From assembly GCA_051252135.1 (NCBI GenBank), contig JBPOGH010000011.1:64001-128000 (forward strand): a stretch of DNA of 64,000 nucleotides, written 5' to 3'. Positions 30,598 to 41,904 of the stretch are shown here, piece after piece. Made by a program: the position numbers and the translations under genes. Source of the stretch: Verrucomicrobiaceae bacterium. Its GTDB lineage: Bacteria > Verrucomicrobiota > Verrucomicrobiia > Verrucomicrobiales > Akkermansiaceae. Under the pieces are notes generated by a model, which had not been told where the DNA came from, ran no database searches, and worked only from the letters and a program-made list of their open reading frames with translations. How positions within the stretch are numbered: the stretch's first letter is position 1; every line of letters begins with the position of its first letter.

Positions 30598-30755
30598 TCC
30601 AAGTATGCAATCGACTCCCGCCCCCAACCGCAATGACAATCCCATGAAAAAAAATTGCAACTCCTCCCCAACCCCGGAGTTACATCACACGTCCAAAGGA
30701 AAGCCCCCGGGAATTTCCCCAACACAAAATCAAAACCAAAAAAACCAATACGATT

Positions 30756-31196
30756 ATGAAATCAACCATCACTACCCTCTCCCTGGTTCTTGCCAGCGCT
30801 CTCATCGCCCACGCCGAGCCAGGCGACAAAAAAGAGAAAGGCCCTCGCGGCGGTCGCCCACTTCCTCCCGAGGTCGTAGCCAAGTTCGATAAGGACGGCG
30901 ACGGCAAACTCAGCGAAGAAGAGCGCAAAGCCGCCTTCGAAGCCCGCAAAGCCGAAATGCTCGCCAAGTTCGACAAAGACGGCGACGGCAAACTCAGCGA
31001 CGAGGAAAAAGAGGCCGCCCGCGAAGCTCAAAAGGCCGAGTTCATCAAAAAGTTCGACAAGGACGGTGACGGAAAAGTCAGCGCCGAAGAACGCCCCAAG
31101 CGCCCCGGTGGTGCTGATCGCCCCGGACCTGGCGGCGAAAAAGGCAAGGGCAAAGGCCCCAAGGGCGGAAAAGGCAAAGGCAAGAAAGCCGAGTAA
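30756..31196 (+). CDS. Exported EF-hand calcium-binding protein with three DKDGDGK loops
   Basis: Signal peptide, FDKDGDGK(L/V)S..E repeated three times, G/K/P-rich tail. Confidence 0.9.
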   Translation: MKSTITTLSLVLASALIAHAEPGDKKEKGPRGGRPLPPEVVAKFDKDGDGKLSEEERKAAFEARKAEMLAKFDKDGDGKLSDEEKEAAREAQKAEFIKKFDKDGDGKVSAEERPKRPGGADRPGPGGEKGKGKGPKGGKGKGKKAE

Positions 31197-31224
31197 TTTC
31201 CAACCCCACCCATAATCAATAAAT

Positions 31225-31259
31225 AAAGAGGGCAGGTCTTCGGACCTGCCCTCTTTTTT
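31225..31259. terminator. Intrinsic, probably bidirectional, terminator between the EF-hand gene and clpB
   Basis: AAAGAGGGCAGGTC-TTCG-GACCTGCCCTCTTTTTT. Confidence 0.92.
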
Positions 31260-31295
31260 GATTCCTTGTCACGGCGGTCGATCACCGCCGCTCAC

Positions 31296-33863
<2,568 letters not shown>

Positions 33864-33957
33864 GTCTTTATTCTAGGTGAGAGACGAATCCTAGCAACTT
33901 TTTGTTCACTAAAATTTCACCATTATTTTGTAATCGCCACCATGCTATGAACCACCA

Positions 33958-34638
33958 ATGAAAACAGTCTGGTGGACCCTCGGAATTCTCGTCTCCTTCG
34001 CTCTGGGATGGCTCCTTCGCCCCGTCGAAAAACCCAACACCCTGGCCGAACTCTCCCAAATGACCGGCGACCGCCACCCCTTCGCCACCGTCATCCAAAG
34101 CACCTGCAACCGAAAAGTCATCCCCCTCAACCCCCAAAACCCCTCCCACCAACTCATCCGCGACGCCGTCCTTGATGCTTCCGACCAAGTCCGCCTCGCC
34201 ATGAGCGAACCCAACTCCCCCGCCCACCAGAACCGCCGCATCAACGAAGCCTCCCGCAACTTCGAGGACGCCCTCCTCACAGCCCTCGATGCCCACCCCT
34301 CTCTCTCCTGCACCATTCCCACCAATGCCGATGGCGAACACCAACGCTCCGGTTACCCCGACCTCCGCATCGAAGACATCTCCTCCGGCACCATCGCCTA
34401 CCTCGACCCCAAGCTCTTCGAGGACAAGTCCATCGCCTCCTCCCTCCGCACCTTCTACTACGAGCCGAGCGATAACATCAAAGTCACCGAGGACGCCCTC
34501 CACCTTCTCATCGGCTTCCCTCACGACGGCGAATCAGGCAACTGGCAATTCCAGAAACCTCACCTCGTCGATCTCTCCACCCTCAGCGTAAAGCTCAAGG
34601 TCGAGTTCTCCGCCGCCAACCGCGACCTTTACCACTAA
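33958..34638 (+). CDS. Hypothetical protein with an N-terminal TM/signal anchor and a PD-(D/E)XK restriction-endonuclease-like motif
   Basis: MKTVWWTLGILVSFALGWLL anchor; RINEASRNFE...SGYPDLRI...YLDPK; C-ending codon usage matches other plus-strand genes. Confidence 0.7.
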   Translation: MKTVWWTLGILVSFALGWLLRPVEKPNTLAELSQMTGDRHPFATVIQSTCNRKVIPLNPQNPSHQLIRDAVLDASDQVRLAMSEPNSPAHQNRRINEASRNFEDALLTALDAHPSLSCTIPTNADGEHQRSGYPDLRIEDISSGTIAYLDPKLFEDKSIASSLRTFYYEPSDNIKVTEDALHLLIGFPHDGESGNWQFQKPHLVDLSTLSVKLKVEFSAANRDLYH

Positions 34639-36572
34639 CCGCGAAACGCCGACTTCAGCTCTCTCACGCTCGTCACCTTCAACGCAAGGACACCCAGGGC
34701 ATAAACCACCGCTCCCATTCCAATCAGTAGCGTCATCGCAACCACCTTTTGCCACATCACCTCATCCATCCACGGAGCAAGCAAAGGACGCACCGCGAAG
34801 AGAACAACAGCCATCATCGCACTGGCACAAACCATTCCCCCGAGTCGGAGCCAATTCCTCTTCTCCAGATTCACAAAACCCCGCAGCCCAAACCAAAGCA
34901 GCGCCACATTCACCCACGCTGCCACTGATGTCGCAAATGCCAAACCGACATGCCCAAAGAACGGAAATAGGGCCAGGCTCACCAAAATATTCACCAGCAC
35001 CGTGATCCCCGCCATCCACATCGGAGACTTCGTATCCTCCCGCGCAAAATACCCCGGCTGCAATACCTTGATCAAAACGTAACCCGGCAACCCCACCGCG
35101 AAGGCAGCCAACGCCCGCCCCGTCTGCCTGGAATCCTCCGCCGTAAAGCCGTCCCGTTCAAACAAGAGCGACATGATCTCCTCCGGAATCACCATCAACG
35201 CAATCGCCGCCGGCACCGTCACAATCATCGCGAGCTCCAGCCCCGTCACCATCGTCCGCGACGCCTTCCCTTCCTGACCCGATTTCAAAAGCCGCGTAAT
35301 CTCGGGCAAAAGAACCATCCCGAACGCAATCCCGATCATCCCCAGAGGCAATTGGTAAACCCGGTCCGAATAATACAAAAACGAAATCGCCCCCTGTTGA
35401 AACGACGCAATCACCCCGCTCACCAGAAGGTTAATCTGCTGAATCCCCGCCGCAATCACCCCCGGCCCCATCAGGACAAACAGCCGCTTCATTCCCGAAT
35501 CAAAAACCGGCTTCTGCAACGCAATCGGCAAGCCCGCCCTTCGGCATACCGCCCACAACACCACCAACTGAACCACCCCCGCCACCGCCACACACCACGC
35601 CAACACCTCTCCCTTCGCCGAAGAAAACTGCACCACCCCCAACAACCCGATCAAAAACACAATATTCAACAACACGGGCGAAAACGCCGGTGCCGCAAAC
35701 TTCTTCAAGGTCGTCAGCACGCCGCTCAAGTGCGCCACCAGCGCCATGCACAACAGATACACAAAGGTAATCTGCGAGAGCTTCACCGTCAGATCATACG
35801 CCCCCGGATCATTCCGAAACACCTTGAACTCCCCCGCCCCGCTCACCGCCCCCGTCACCAAAGCATAATCATGCCCCTCCGGCAGCGGAATCCGCAGCAG
35901 CCCATCATCAAACTTCCACATTCCTTTCTCAAAAAACCGATTCCGAGCTTCCTCCGTCGTCTCCCCATCCTTTTTCTCCCCCTTCCGCTCCAGCCCGTCA
36001 TTCAACACAACCCGCAGCGATTTGCTCTCACCCACCGCCTGGGTGTCCCCGCCAAACAACTCTCGAAACACCTTCCCCGCCTCCGGACTCCCCCGCTCCG
36101 TCACCCTCAGATCATAAAGCCGAACCGCTTCAGGCGTCGCACTCTGGATGTAAATCGCCCGAGCACCCCGCAAACTCACCTGAAATTCCTGCCGCTGATC
36201 CGTCAAATTCGTATCCACCTTCGCCAGAAATCCCGGCACCACCGCCAGCATCACAAAGCTCATCAACGGAATCAAAACGATCGTCATGATCCCCAGCACC
36301 AGAAAGAGCACCGAAAAGGCGTTATTCGCAAAATTCAGCGCGGACGCCCTGCCGTCTTGCGCCACCCGCTTTCCAAAAAGAGGAACAAAGGCCGAGTTGA
36401 ACGCACCCTCCCCAAAAATACGCCGAAACATATTCGGAAACCGAAAGGCCGCAAAAAACGCATCCGCCACCACCCCCGTCCCTAAAAACCTCGCGATCAG
36501 AATATCCCTCAAAAATCCCAAAACCCGGCTCATCAAGGTGAACCCGGAAACCGTCATCAGCGATCGCAACAT
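34635..36572 (-). CDS. murJ: Lipid II flippase MurJ with a ~140-aa insertion
   Basis: SRVLGFLRD, DAFFAAFRFPNMFRRIFGEGAFNSAFVP, LYYSDRVYQLPLG, FAREDTKSP. Confidence 0.95.
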   Translation of the reverse strand: MLRSLMTVSGFTLMSRVLGFLRDILIARFLGTGVVADAFFAAFRFPNMFRRIFGEGAFNSAFVPLFGKRVAQDGRASALNFANNAFSVLFLVLGIMTIVLIPLMSFVMLAVVPGFLAKVDTNLTDQRQEFQVSLRGARAIYIQSATPEAVRLYDLRVTERGSPEAGKVFRELFGGDTQAVGESKSLRVVLNDGLERKGEKKDGETTEEARNRFFEKGMWKFDDGLLRIPLPEGHDYALVTGAVSGAGEFKVFRNDPGAYDLTVKLSQITFVYLLCMALVAHLSGVLTTLKKFAAPAFSPVLLNIVFLIGLLGVVQFSSAKGEVLAWCVAVAGVVQLVVLWAVCRRAGLPIALQKPVFDSGMKRLFVLMGPGVIAAGIQQINLLVSGVIASFQQGAISFLYYSDRVYQLPLGMIGIAFGMVLLPEITRLLKSGQEGKASRTMVTGLELAMIVTVPAAIALMVIPEEIMSLLFERDGFTAEDSRQTGRALAAFAVGLPGYVLIKVLQPGYFAREDTKSPMWMAGITVLVNILVSLALFPFFGHVGLAFATSVAAWVNVALLWFGLRGFVNLEKRNWLRLGGMVCASAMMAVVLFAVRPLLAPWMDEVMWQKVVAMTLLIGMGAVVYALGVLALKVTSVRELKSAFRG

Positions 36573-36765
36573 CGGGCGGAACAATGTCTCCCCTCACTCG
36601 CAATCTCAAGCCCAACTAGTACCTCACACCGCTAAATCGCCCGGTTGTTTCCCCGGCCGTCCCTCACAAAGGCAACCCGCCTAGGCAGTGAATGACAACG
36701 AAGCCCCCTCATCGCAATGATAACGGACGCCCGTCACTTCAAGTCAAACGCGGCATTACCCCCGC

Positions 36766-37260
36766 TTACCAAAACGGCCACCAATCACGACGCGCCTTCC
36801 GCTTATACGGCCCATCTCCCACACTAATCACCTCAACCCTCACCTGCGCAAGCCCCTGGTCCCTAAAGCCCAATTTCGAAGCCGCCCGGGGAGTCACATC
36901 AATGATCCTGCCGGGAATAAAAGGCCCCCGGTCATTCACCCTCATCTTGAGCGTCTTCCCATTCTCCAAATTGGTCACCTTCACCCGACAGGGTATCGGC
37001 AGGGTTTTGTGAGCCGCGGAAATATCCCACGGCATCACCTTCTCACCCAACGAGGTGTCACCCCTCACCAGCCCGAAAAGCTTGCTCTCATTATACCACG
37101 ATCCAATTCCCTCATCGGAATAATCAAGCGCCGCCTCAACCGACATCGGCTGGTAATGAATACCTCGGATCGTGTAGCCCCTCGTCTGATAGCCCTCGTA
37201 ACCCCCTCCACACGAAACGAGGAAGGCAAAAATCGGGAGAACTAACAAAAATCGTTTCAC
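36766..37260 (-). CDS. rlpA: RlpA-family septal lytic transglycosylase lipoprotein
   Basis: Lipobox LVSC, GIGSWY, SAAHKTLP, VNDRGPF, RIIDVT. Confidence 0.92.
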   Translation of the reverse strand: MKRFLLVLPIFAFLVSCGGGYEGYQTRGYTIRGIHYQPMSVEAALDYSDEGIGSWYNESKLFGLVRGDTSLGEKVMPWDISAAHKTLPIPCRVKVTNLENGKTLKMRVNDRGPFIPGRIIDVTPRAASKLGFRDQGLAQVRVEVISVGDGPYKRKARRDWWPFW

Positions 37261-37577
37261 TATACTTCGCGGCTTTTCAGCTCGGGAAGAGTGCGGGCAA
37301 CTTTTTCCTTAAGCGCCTTCCCGACCTGGAACTTTACCACAGCCCGGTCCGGGATGGGAATCGTCTTATTCGGGTCTTTCGGGTTCCGCCCGGGCCGTCC
37401 CCTTGCAATCTTGGTCTCAAAGGTCCCAAAATCACGAACCACCACATTGTTCGCCTCCGCCAGCTCACGCGTCACGATCTCGAGGACCATGTGAAACATC
37501 TTGGAAGACAAGGTCTGGGTGACCCCCAAACGGTCACTAACTTCTTGAATAATCTCTTTCTTTGTGAAATTTGCCAT
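37260..37577 (-). CDS. HU/IHF-family DNA-binding protein
   Basis: TKKEII, VVVRDFGTF, GRNPK, IPDRAVVKFQVGK. Confidence 0.93.
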   Translation of the reverse strand: MANFTKKEIIQEVSDRLGVTQTLSSKMFHMVLEIVTRELAEANNVVVRDFGTFETKIARGRPGRNPKDPNKTIPIPDRAVVKFQVGKALKEKVARTLPELKSREV

Positions 37578-37822
37578 CGGTCTCTAGGTGTGAGAAAAGC
37601 TCCCTTTCGAGAACCTTCGCCATTGTTAAAAGTTAGATCGCCGACGACAACTGCTTTTTGCAAATATATTTACGAATCCGGCTCATACTTCTGCCTAAAT
37701 CCAATAAGTTTATCAGAATGAACTTCTTAGAAACAAGGGAATCGGAAACGCCAATCCGGACAAAACTCCATAATCCAGCCTCCCGCATCCCACAAAAGGG
37801 TTACCCCTGCCAATAACACCCC

Positions 37823-38830
37823 ATGCTGAAACCACCAACAGTTGACGATCCACTCGAAAAGCCAGCCGATTTCCGCGTTCAGCTTCGCGAATGGTTCGTC
37901 CCGCAGGCCAAAGATCACCCGTGGAGACGAACCCGGGACCCATGGCTCGTCCTCATCTCGGAAATTATGCTTCAGCAAACCACTGTCGCCTCAGTCATTG
38001 CCAACCGTCGCTTCGAGCGTTTCACCGCCGAATTCCCTGATATTCACTCAATCGCCCACGCACCTGAAGAGCAGCTTCTCCGCGCCTGGGAAGGCCTCGG
38101 ATACTACAACCGGGTTCGCAATCTCCAAAAAGCCGCCCGAGCCGTGATCGACAATCACGGAGGCCACTTCCCAAACGAGGCATCGACTCTCGAACAACTC
38201 CCCGGAATTGGAAAATATACCGCAGGCGCAGTTTCCTCGTTCTCCTTCGATCTCCCCGCACCAATTGTCGATGCCAACATCGCTCGCGTGCTCAGCCGCC
38301 TCTTTGATTTCCACGATCCTGTCAACTCCACCTCGGGACTCCGGCAACTCTGGCAATGGGCGGAACTGCTCTTGGATCGCCAACACCCAAGACTCCATAA
38401 TTCCGCGATAATGGAACTTGGCCAAACCTTTTGCTCCGCCAAAAAACCTTCCTGCATCAAGTGTCCCGTCGCCAGCTTCTGCAAAACAAGATGTCCGGAA
38501 GACCTACCCGTAAAATCCAAGGGACGCGAGACCCTGCAGGTCGATGAACACGCCATCTTCAACCTCAAAAAAGGACAACTTCTCCTCGCCCTGGAATCAG
38601 GGAGTCGCCGCAAGGGATTTTGGCGCCTTCCCCTTCGCACCCCGGAGGAGACTTCACACCTCACTCCCTTCTCCAAGCACCGATACACCATCACCAACCA
38701 TAGAGTCAGTTTATATCTTTATCAGATGGAAATCACACCTCGAAAAGATGAAGTATATCATGACATTGAAAACCTGAAATCACTTCCAATCGCCTCCCCG
38801 ATACGTCGGGCAATTCAATCCGCAATCTAG
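37823..38830 (+). CDS. mutY: A/G-specific adenine glycosylase
   Basis: SEIMLQQT, WEGLGYYNR, LPGIGKYTAGA, VDANIARV, CSAKKPSCIKCPVASFC Fe-S motif. Confidence 0.95.
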   Translation: MLKPPTVDDPLEKPADFRVQLREWFVPQAKDHPWRRTRDPWLVLISEIMLQQTTVASVIANRRFERFTAEFPDIHSIAHAPEEQLLRAWEGLGYYNRVRNLQKAARAVIDNHGGHFPNEASTLEQLPGIGKYTAGAVSSFSFDLPAPIVDANIARVLSRLFDFHDPVNSTSGLRQLWQWAELLLDRQHPRLHNSAIMELGQTFCSAKKPSCIKCPVASFCKTRCPEDLPVKSKGRETLQVDEHAIFNLKKGQLLLALESGSRRKGFWRLPLRTPEETSHLTPFSKHRYTITNHRVSLYLYQMEITPRKDEVYHDIENLKSLPIASPIRRAIQSAI

Positions 38831-38840
38831 AATAACGAAT

Positions 38841-39425
38841 CTACATTCCATACTCGGGAATCAAACTTCGGGACACAATCTCCACCTCCGTTCCCAGCCG
38901 GGTCTTCGCAAAAATCATGGGCTGGGCCTTCTCATAGACCCGGATACAACCAAAGCTGCTTCGCGCCCGCTTGTTAAACTCTCCAATATGCATCCCTACG
39001 CCATCCCATGTCAGGCGCATCCAGTAGGGCATCGATATCCCCTCATACACCGCCCCCTCGGGAATTGGCCCCTCGTGCTCCCACGCCTTCTTCACAAGCA
39101 CCCTGCCGGACTTTTCATCGACCAATTGTCCATACTGATTCGACCTTTTGCTCTCAAGGCGCTCCAATACCGGAAAATTTCCCACCGGCGTCTCGTGACC
39201 GGGAACCCCCGTTGCCACATCGCTCTCAAGAACCGCCCTCCCCTCCCTGTCGAGCAACCACACCTTTTGATCCCATAAGGACACCTTCAATTTCGTCTCC
39301 TCAGGCGAAGTCACATCATAGGCTTTCCGATCCAACAAATAACCCGGCTTATTCCCGGGCATTGTCGAACAGGAAACCGTCATAAAAGACAGCAGAAGCA
39401 GAACGAAGCAATTGATCCCTGACAC
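38841..39425 (-). CDS. L,D-transpeptidase (YkuD) family protein, possibly a lipoprotein
   Basis: VATG....TPVG.F, MPYWMRLT, GMHIG, SFGCIRV. Confidence 0.9.
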   Translation of the reverse strand: MSGINCFVLLLLSFMTVSCSTMPGNKPGYLLDRKAYDVTSPEETKLKVSLWDQKVWLLDREGRAVLESDVATGVPGHETPVGNFPVLERLESKRSNQYGQLVDEKSGRVLVKKAWEHEGPIPEGAVYEGISMPYWMRLTWDGVGMHIGEFNKRARSSFGCIRVYEKAQPMIFAKTRLGTEVEIVSRSLIPEYGM

Positions 39426-39490
39426 GCCTCCTCGGATACACCCTCATCTCACGGCGCGAAACGAAAAAACTCTTCTCCCCGGCGAGCCCT

Positions 39491-41833
39491 CTACTTTGGC
39501 GAAATAACCCACCGAATATAAGCATTCGGTAAATCCTGTACCGGAGCAACCGCCTTCAGGCGCCCCCCGTGGTCGGATACCACCACTCCGGTGTCCGTCC
39601 AATTGACCAGATCAGAAGACCATTCGGCCCGATAAGTCACTCCCGGTGCCATGGAATTGGCCGGAACAGCCACACAGAGATCACTTCCCACCTTCTCCAG
39701 CTCAAAGGATGCCGTTCCCTCGGACGCTTTGATCGGACTCGTCCCCAACGCATATTCATGGCCATTGCTAAGTCCATCGGAGTCAAAATCAGCACCAAAC
39801 TCTCCTACCGATGGGTAAACATAAGCTGACCAATAATCATAATCCCTCAGATTGGTTGATTCGATGACTTTCACCTCCTCGATCGGACTCCAGGCAAAAG
39901 CAAATCCGGCAATCTTCGGACGAATCCGGATATTGTAGGTTTCCCCCGGCAGTAAACCGCCACCCAAAACCTCCGGGTTGAAAGCAATCTGTTGGTGGGA
40001 CCCATCCAGTGTGTGAACCACCGATGCCACCGCCAACTCCGCATTCGCAAACGAAATATCATCAATAAAAACACCCATCGCATGCTCTTCATCCTGAATC
40101 GTCTGGTTCCATCCGATCAAGGTGTTGACCTCCCAGGACTGGCGGAATCTCACCCTCAGGCTTGGAGATTCTGGCAGCGGCACCACCGCCTGAATAAATT
40201 TGGAGTCGGGCGGCATCGACTCCAGATTTGTCGATAGACCGGACACCCTGAAGTCCGTTTTCTGCCAACTCACCCCTCCATCCACTGATATCTCTACATC
40301 AAGGTGGGTCTTCGTCGTCATAAAGCCACGCCGATACTGGAACTTCAAGGTCGCCCCTTTATTCGTTGTCAGGTTGTGGTTGATTTCAAAACCGTGTGCC
40401 GTCGGAGTATTGTCCTTGAACGCCAGTCTGAATGACTTCTCGCCAAGGAAAAAATCGGAGTTCGGCCAGATCGACTTCGGAAACGAAAACGCCCCCACCA
40501 GATCAACACCATTCACCGATTGATCGATAATTGCGGGCGAATCGGATTCGGCATCCTCAACTTCCAGCTCCCCGGAACGCTGACTGATCTCAAAATCATA
40601 ACTATCCGCCCCCCTGACCGGCCCGAAGTAATAATTCGCCCCTTCCACCGGAGGATGTTCCGAACCCGTCAACTTCATCGGCTGAAGAACGTCCGGATTG
40701 ATGATCGTCACGTGGTAGGTAAAACTCGTCGGACCTCCTCCCCCGATGTTCTGCACCGTCACTTTGTAAGTTTGATCCTCATCAACTTCATCGGGAAGCC
40801 CTGTCGGCATCCAGACCAAAGTGGAATCGGCATAATCTCCGGAACCCGGACCTGTTGCCGATTTTCCAATCGGCCCCTCCCCGTTCACGTTTGTAACCTG
40901 ACCGGAAAGCGGGATCCCCTTGCTCTGCGAAACAATCGGCGCCGGAACGGTAGCCCCGTCCGGACCCGACATCGTCACTTTCGCTGCGGAAAAATCGGCC
41001 CCGGGATAACTCAAGGACCAAAGATCGGAAACGATTGGAGAGGGACAATAACCCGCGTTGGGCCATGCCACAAATTGAACCTGGCGGGGTAAGGTGAAAT
41101 CTCCCAACACATAAAGCGCATTCACTGCCGGCCTCGTTAAGAGCCCGTCCTCGACTTCAGGCGGGATATCTCCACTGGCCATCTTTGCCACCGCCGAAAA
41201 GAGAAGCCAGCGACGGTGACCCACGAACCTGTTGGCCAGTTCGTCCACCCCGTCACCGGGCTCATCCATGTATCCGTCAATCGCTCCGGGCCCCCAGATG
41301 TGAACCGCCAGGTTTGAGTTCCTTGAGCCGTTCCAGGCCGTCGGACTAAAACATGAAAAATCATCGGGCAAATCGTGAGTGAGCTGAAATTCACTCGCAT
41401 TCTCAATATCAAACCCTTGGGAAGACAACGCCAGGGCAATCGCTCGCGTTGCCTGTGACTTCGTCGTCCCGGCCGGAGGGGTGTGGCGGTCATCCGCATC
41501 CAAATAGACCTCCGCTGTCTCAAATGACGTGTTCCCGGGCAACCCGGCCATCGCCCGGTAATAGTTTACCCGACGTTGAATGTCTTTGGTGAACTCGGCC
41601 GGAGGTTCGGAGAGTGAACAATTCGCATAATCAATCGTCCCGCTCCACCGATTTTCATACCCTTCCGACGCTTTATAATAACGATGCCAGAACGCCACCA
41701 CATCATTTCGGGAGAAACGATCGACCACCAAACCGGTGGCATCTTCCGACGCAAAAACCGCAGACCCTGAAAAAAGGCCATGCAAAGCTAATGAGACGAG
41801 CGCACAGCGCTGCCCTCCGGAAGTCACAAACAT
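39491..41833 (-). CDS. Large secreted protein with an N-terminal CAP/SCP-like domain, beta-sandwich modules and a verrucomicrobial DGxxNxxEYALGTxP C-terminal module
   Basis: RVNYYRAMAGLP, LTH, NSNLA, VGHRRWLL (CAP hallmarks); DFDSDGLSNGHEYALGTSP...YRAEWSSDLVNW. Confidence 0.75.
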   Translation of the reverse strand: MFVTSGGQRCALVSLALHGLFSGSAVFASEDATGLVVDRFSRNDVVAFWHRYYKASEGYENRWSGTIDYANCSLSEPPAEFTKDIQRRVNYYRAMAGLPGNTSFETAEVYLDADDRHTPPAGTTKSQATRAIALALSSQGFDIENASEFQLTHDLPDDFSCFSPTAWNGSRNSNLAVHIWGPGAIDGYMDEPGDGVDELANRFVGHRRWLLFSAVAKMASGDIPPEVEDGLLTRPAVNALYVLGDFTLPRQVQFVAWPNAGYCPSPIVSDLWSLSYPGADFSAAKVTMSGPDGATVPAPIVSQSKGIPLSGQVTNVNGEGPIGKSATGPGSGDYADSTLVWMPTGLPDEVDEDQTYKVTVQNIGGGGPTSFTYHVTIINPDVLQPMKLTGSEHPPVEGANYYFGPVRGADSYDFEISQRSGELEVEDAESDSPAIIDQSVNGVDLVGAFSFPKSIWPNSDFFLGEKSFRLAFKDNTPTAHGFEINHNLTTNKGATLKFQYRRGFMTTKTHLDVEISVDGGVSWQKTDFRVSGLSTNLESMPPDSKFIQAVVPLPESPSLRVRFRQSWEVNTLIGWNQTIQDEEHAMGVFIDDISFANAELAVASVVHTLDGSHQQIAFNPEVLGGGLLPGETYNIRIRPKIAGFAFAWSPIEEVKVIESTNLRDYDYWSAYVYPSVGEFGADFDSDGLSNGHEYALGTSPIKASEGTASFELEKVGSDLCVAVPANSMAPGVTYRAEWSSDLVNWTDTGVVVSDHGGRLKAVAPVQDLPNAYIRWVISPK

Positions 41834-41904
41834 GCACGATCAAACCACTTATTTTCCTACTAATCAAGAAAACTTTATTAATCCGAACCATCAACAGGAC
41901 TCAT

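Noticed and set aside
33864..33957. Possible CIRCE or sigma54 element upstream of clpB (CTAGCAACT...CACTAA)
   Set aside because: It does not fit TTAGCACTC-N9-GAGTGCTAA and lacks the GG of a sigma54 site. No CIRCE was seen before grpE either.
36585..36765. Possible riboswitch, ncRNA or 26-aa ORF between rlpA and murJ (CCGG-GGAAACAA-CCGG hairpin)
   Set aside because: No recognisable RNA-family consensus and only a short hairpin; an Infernal search would be needed.
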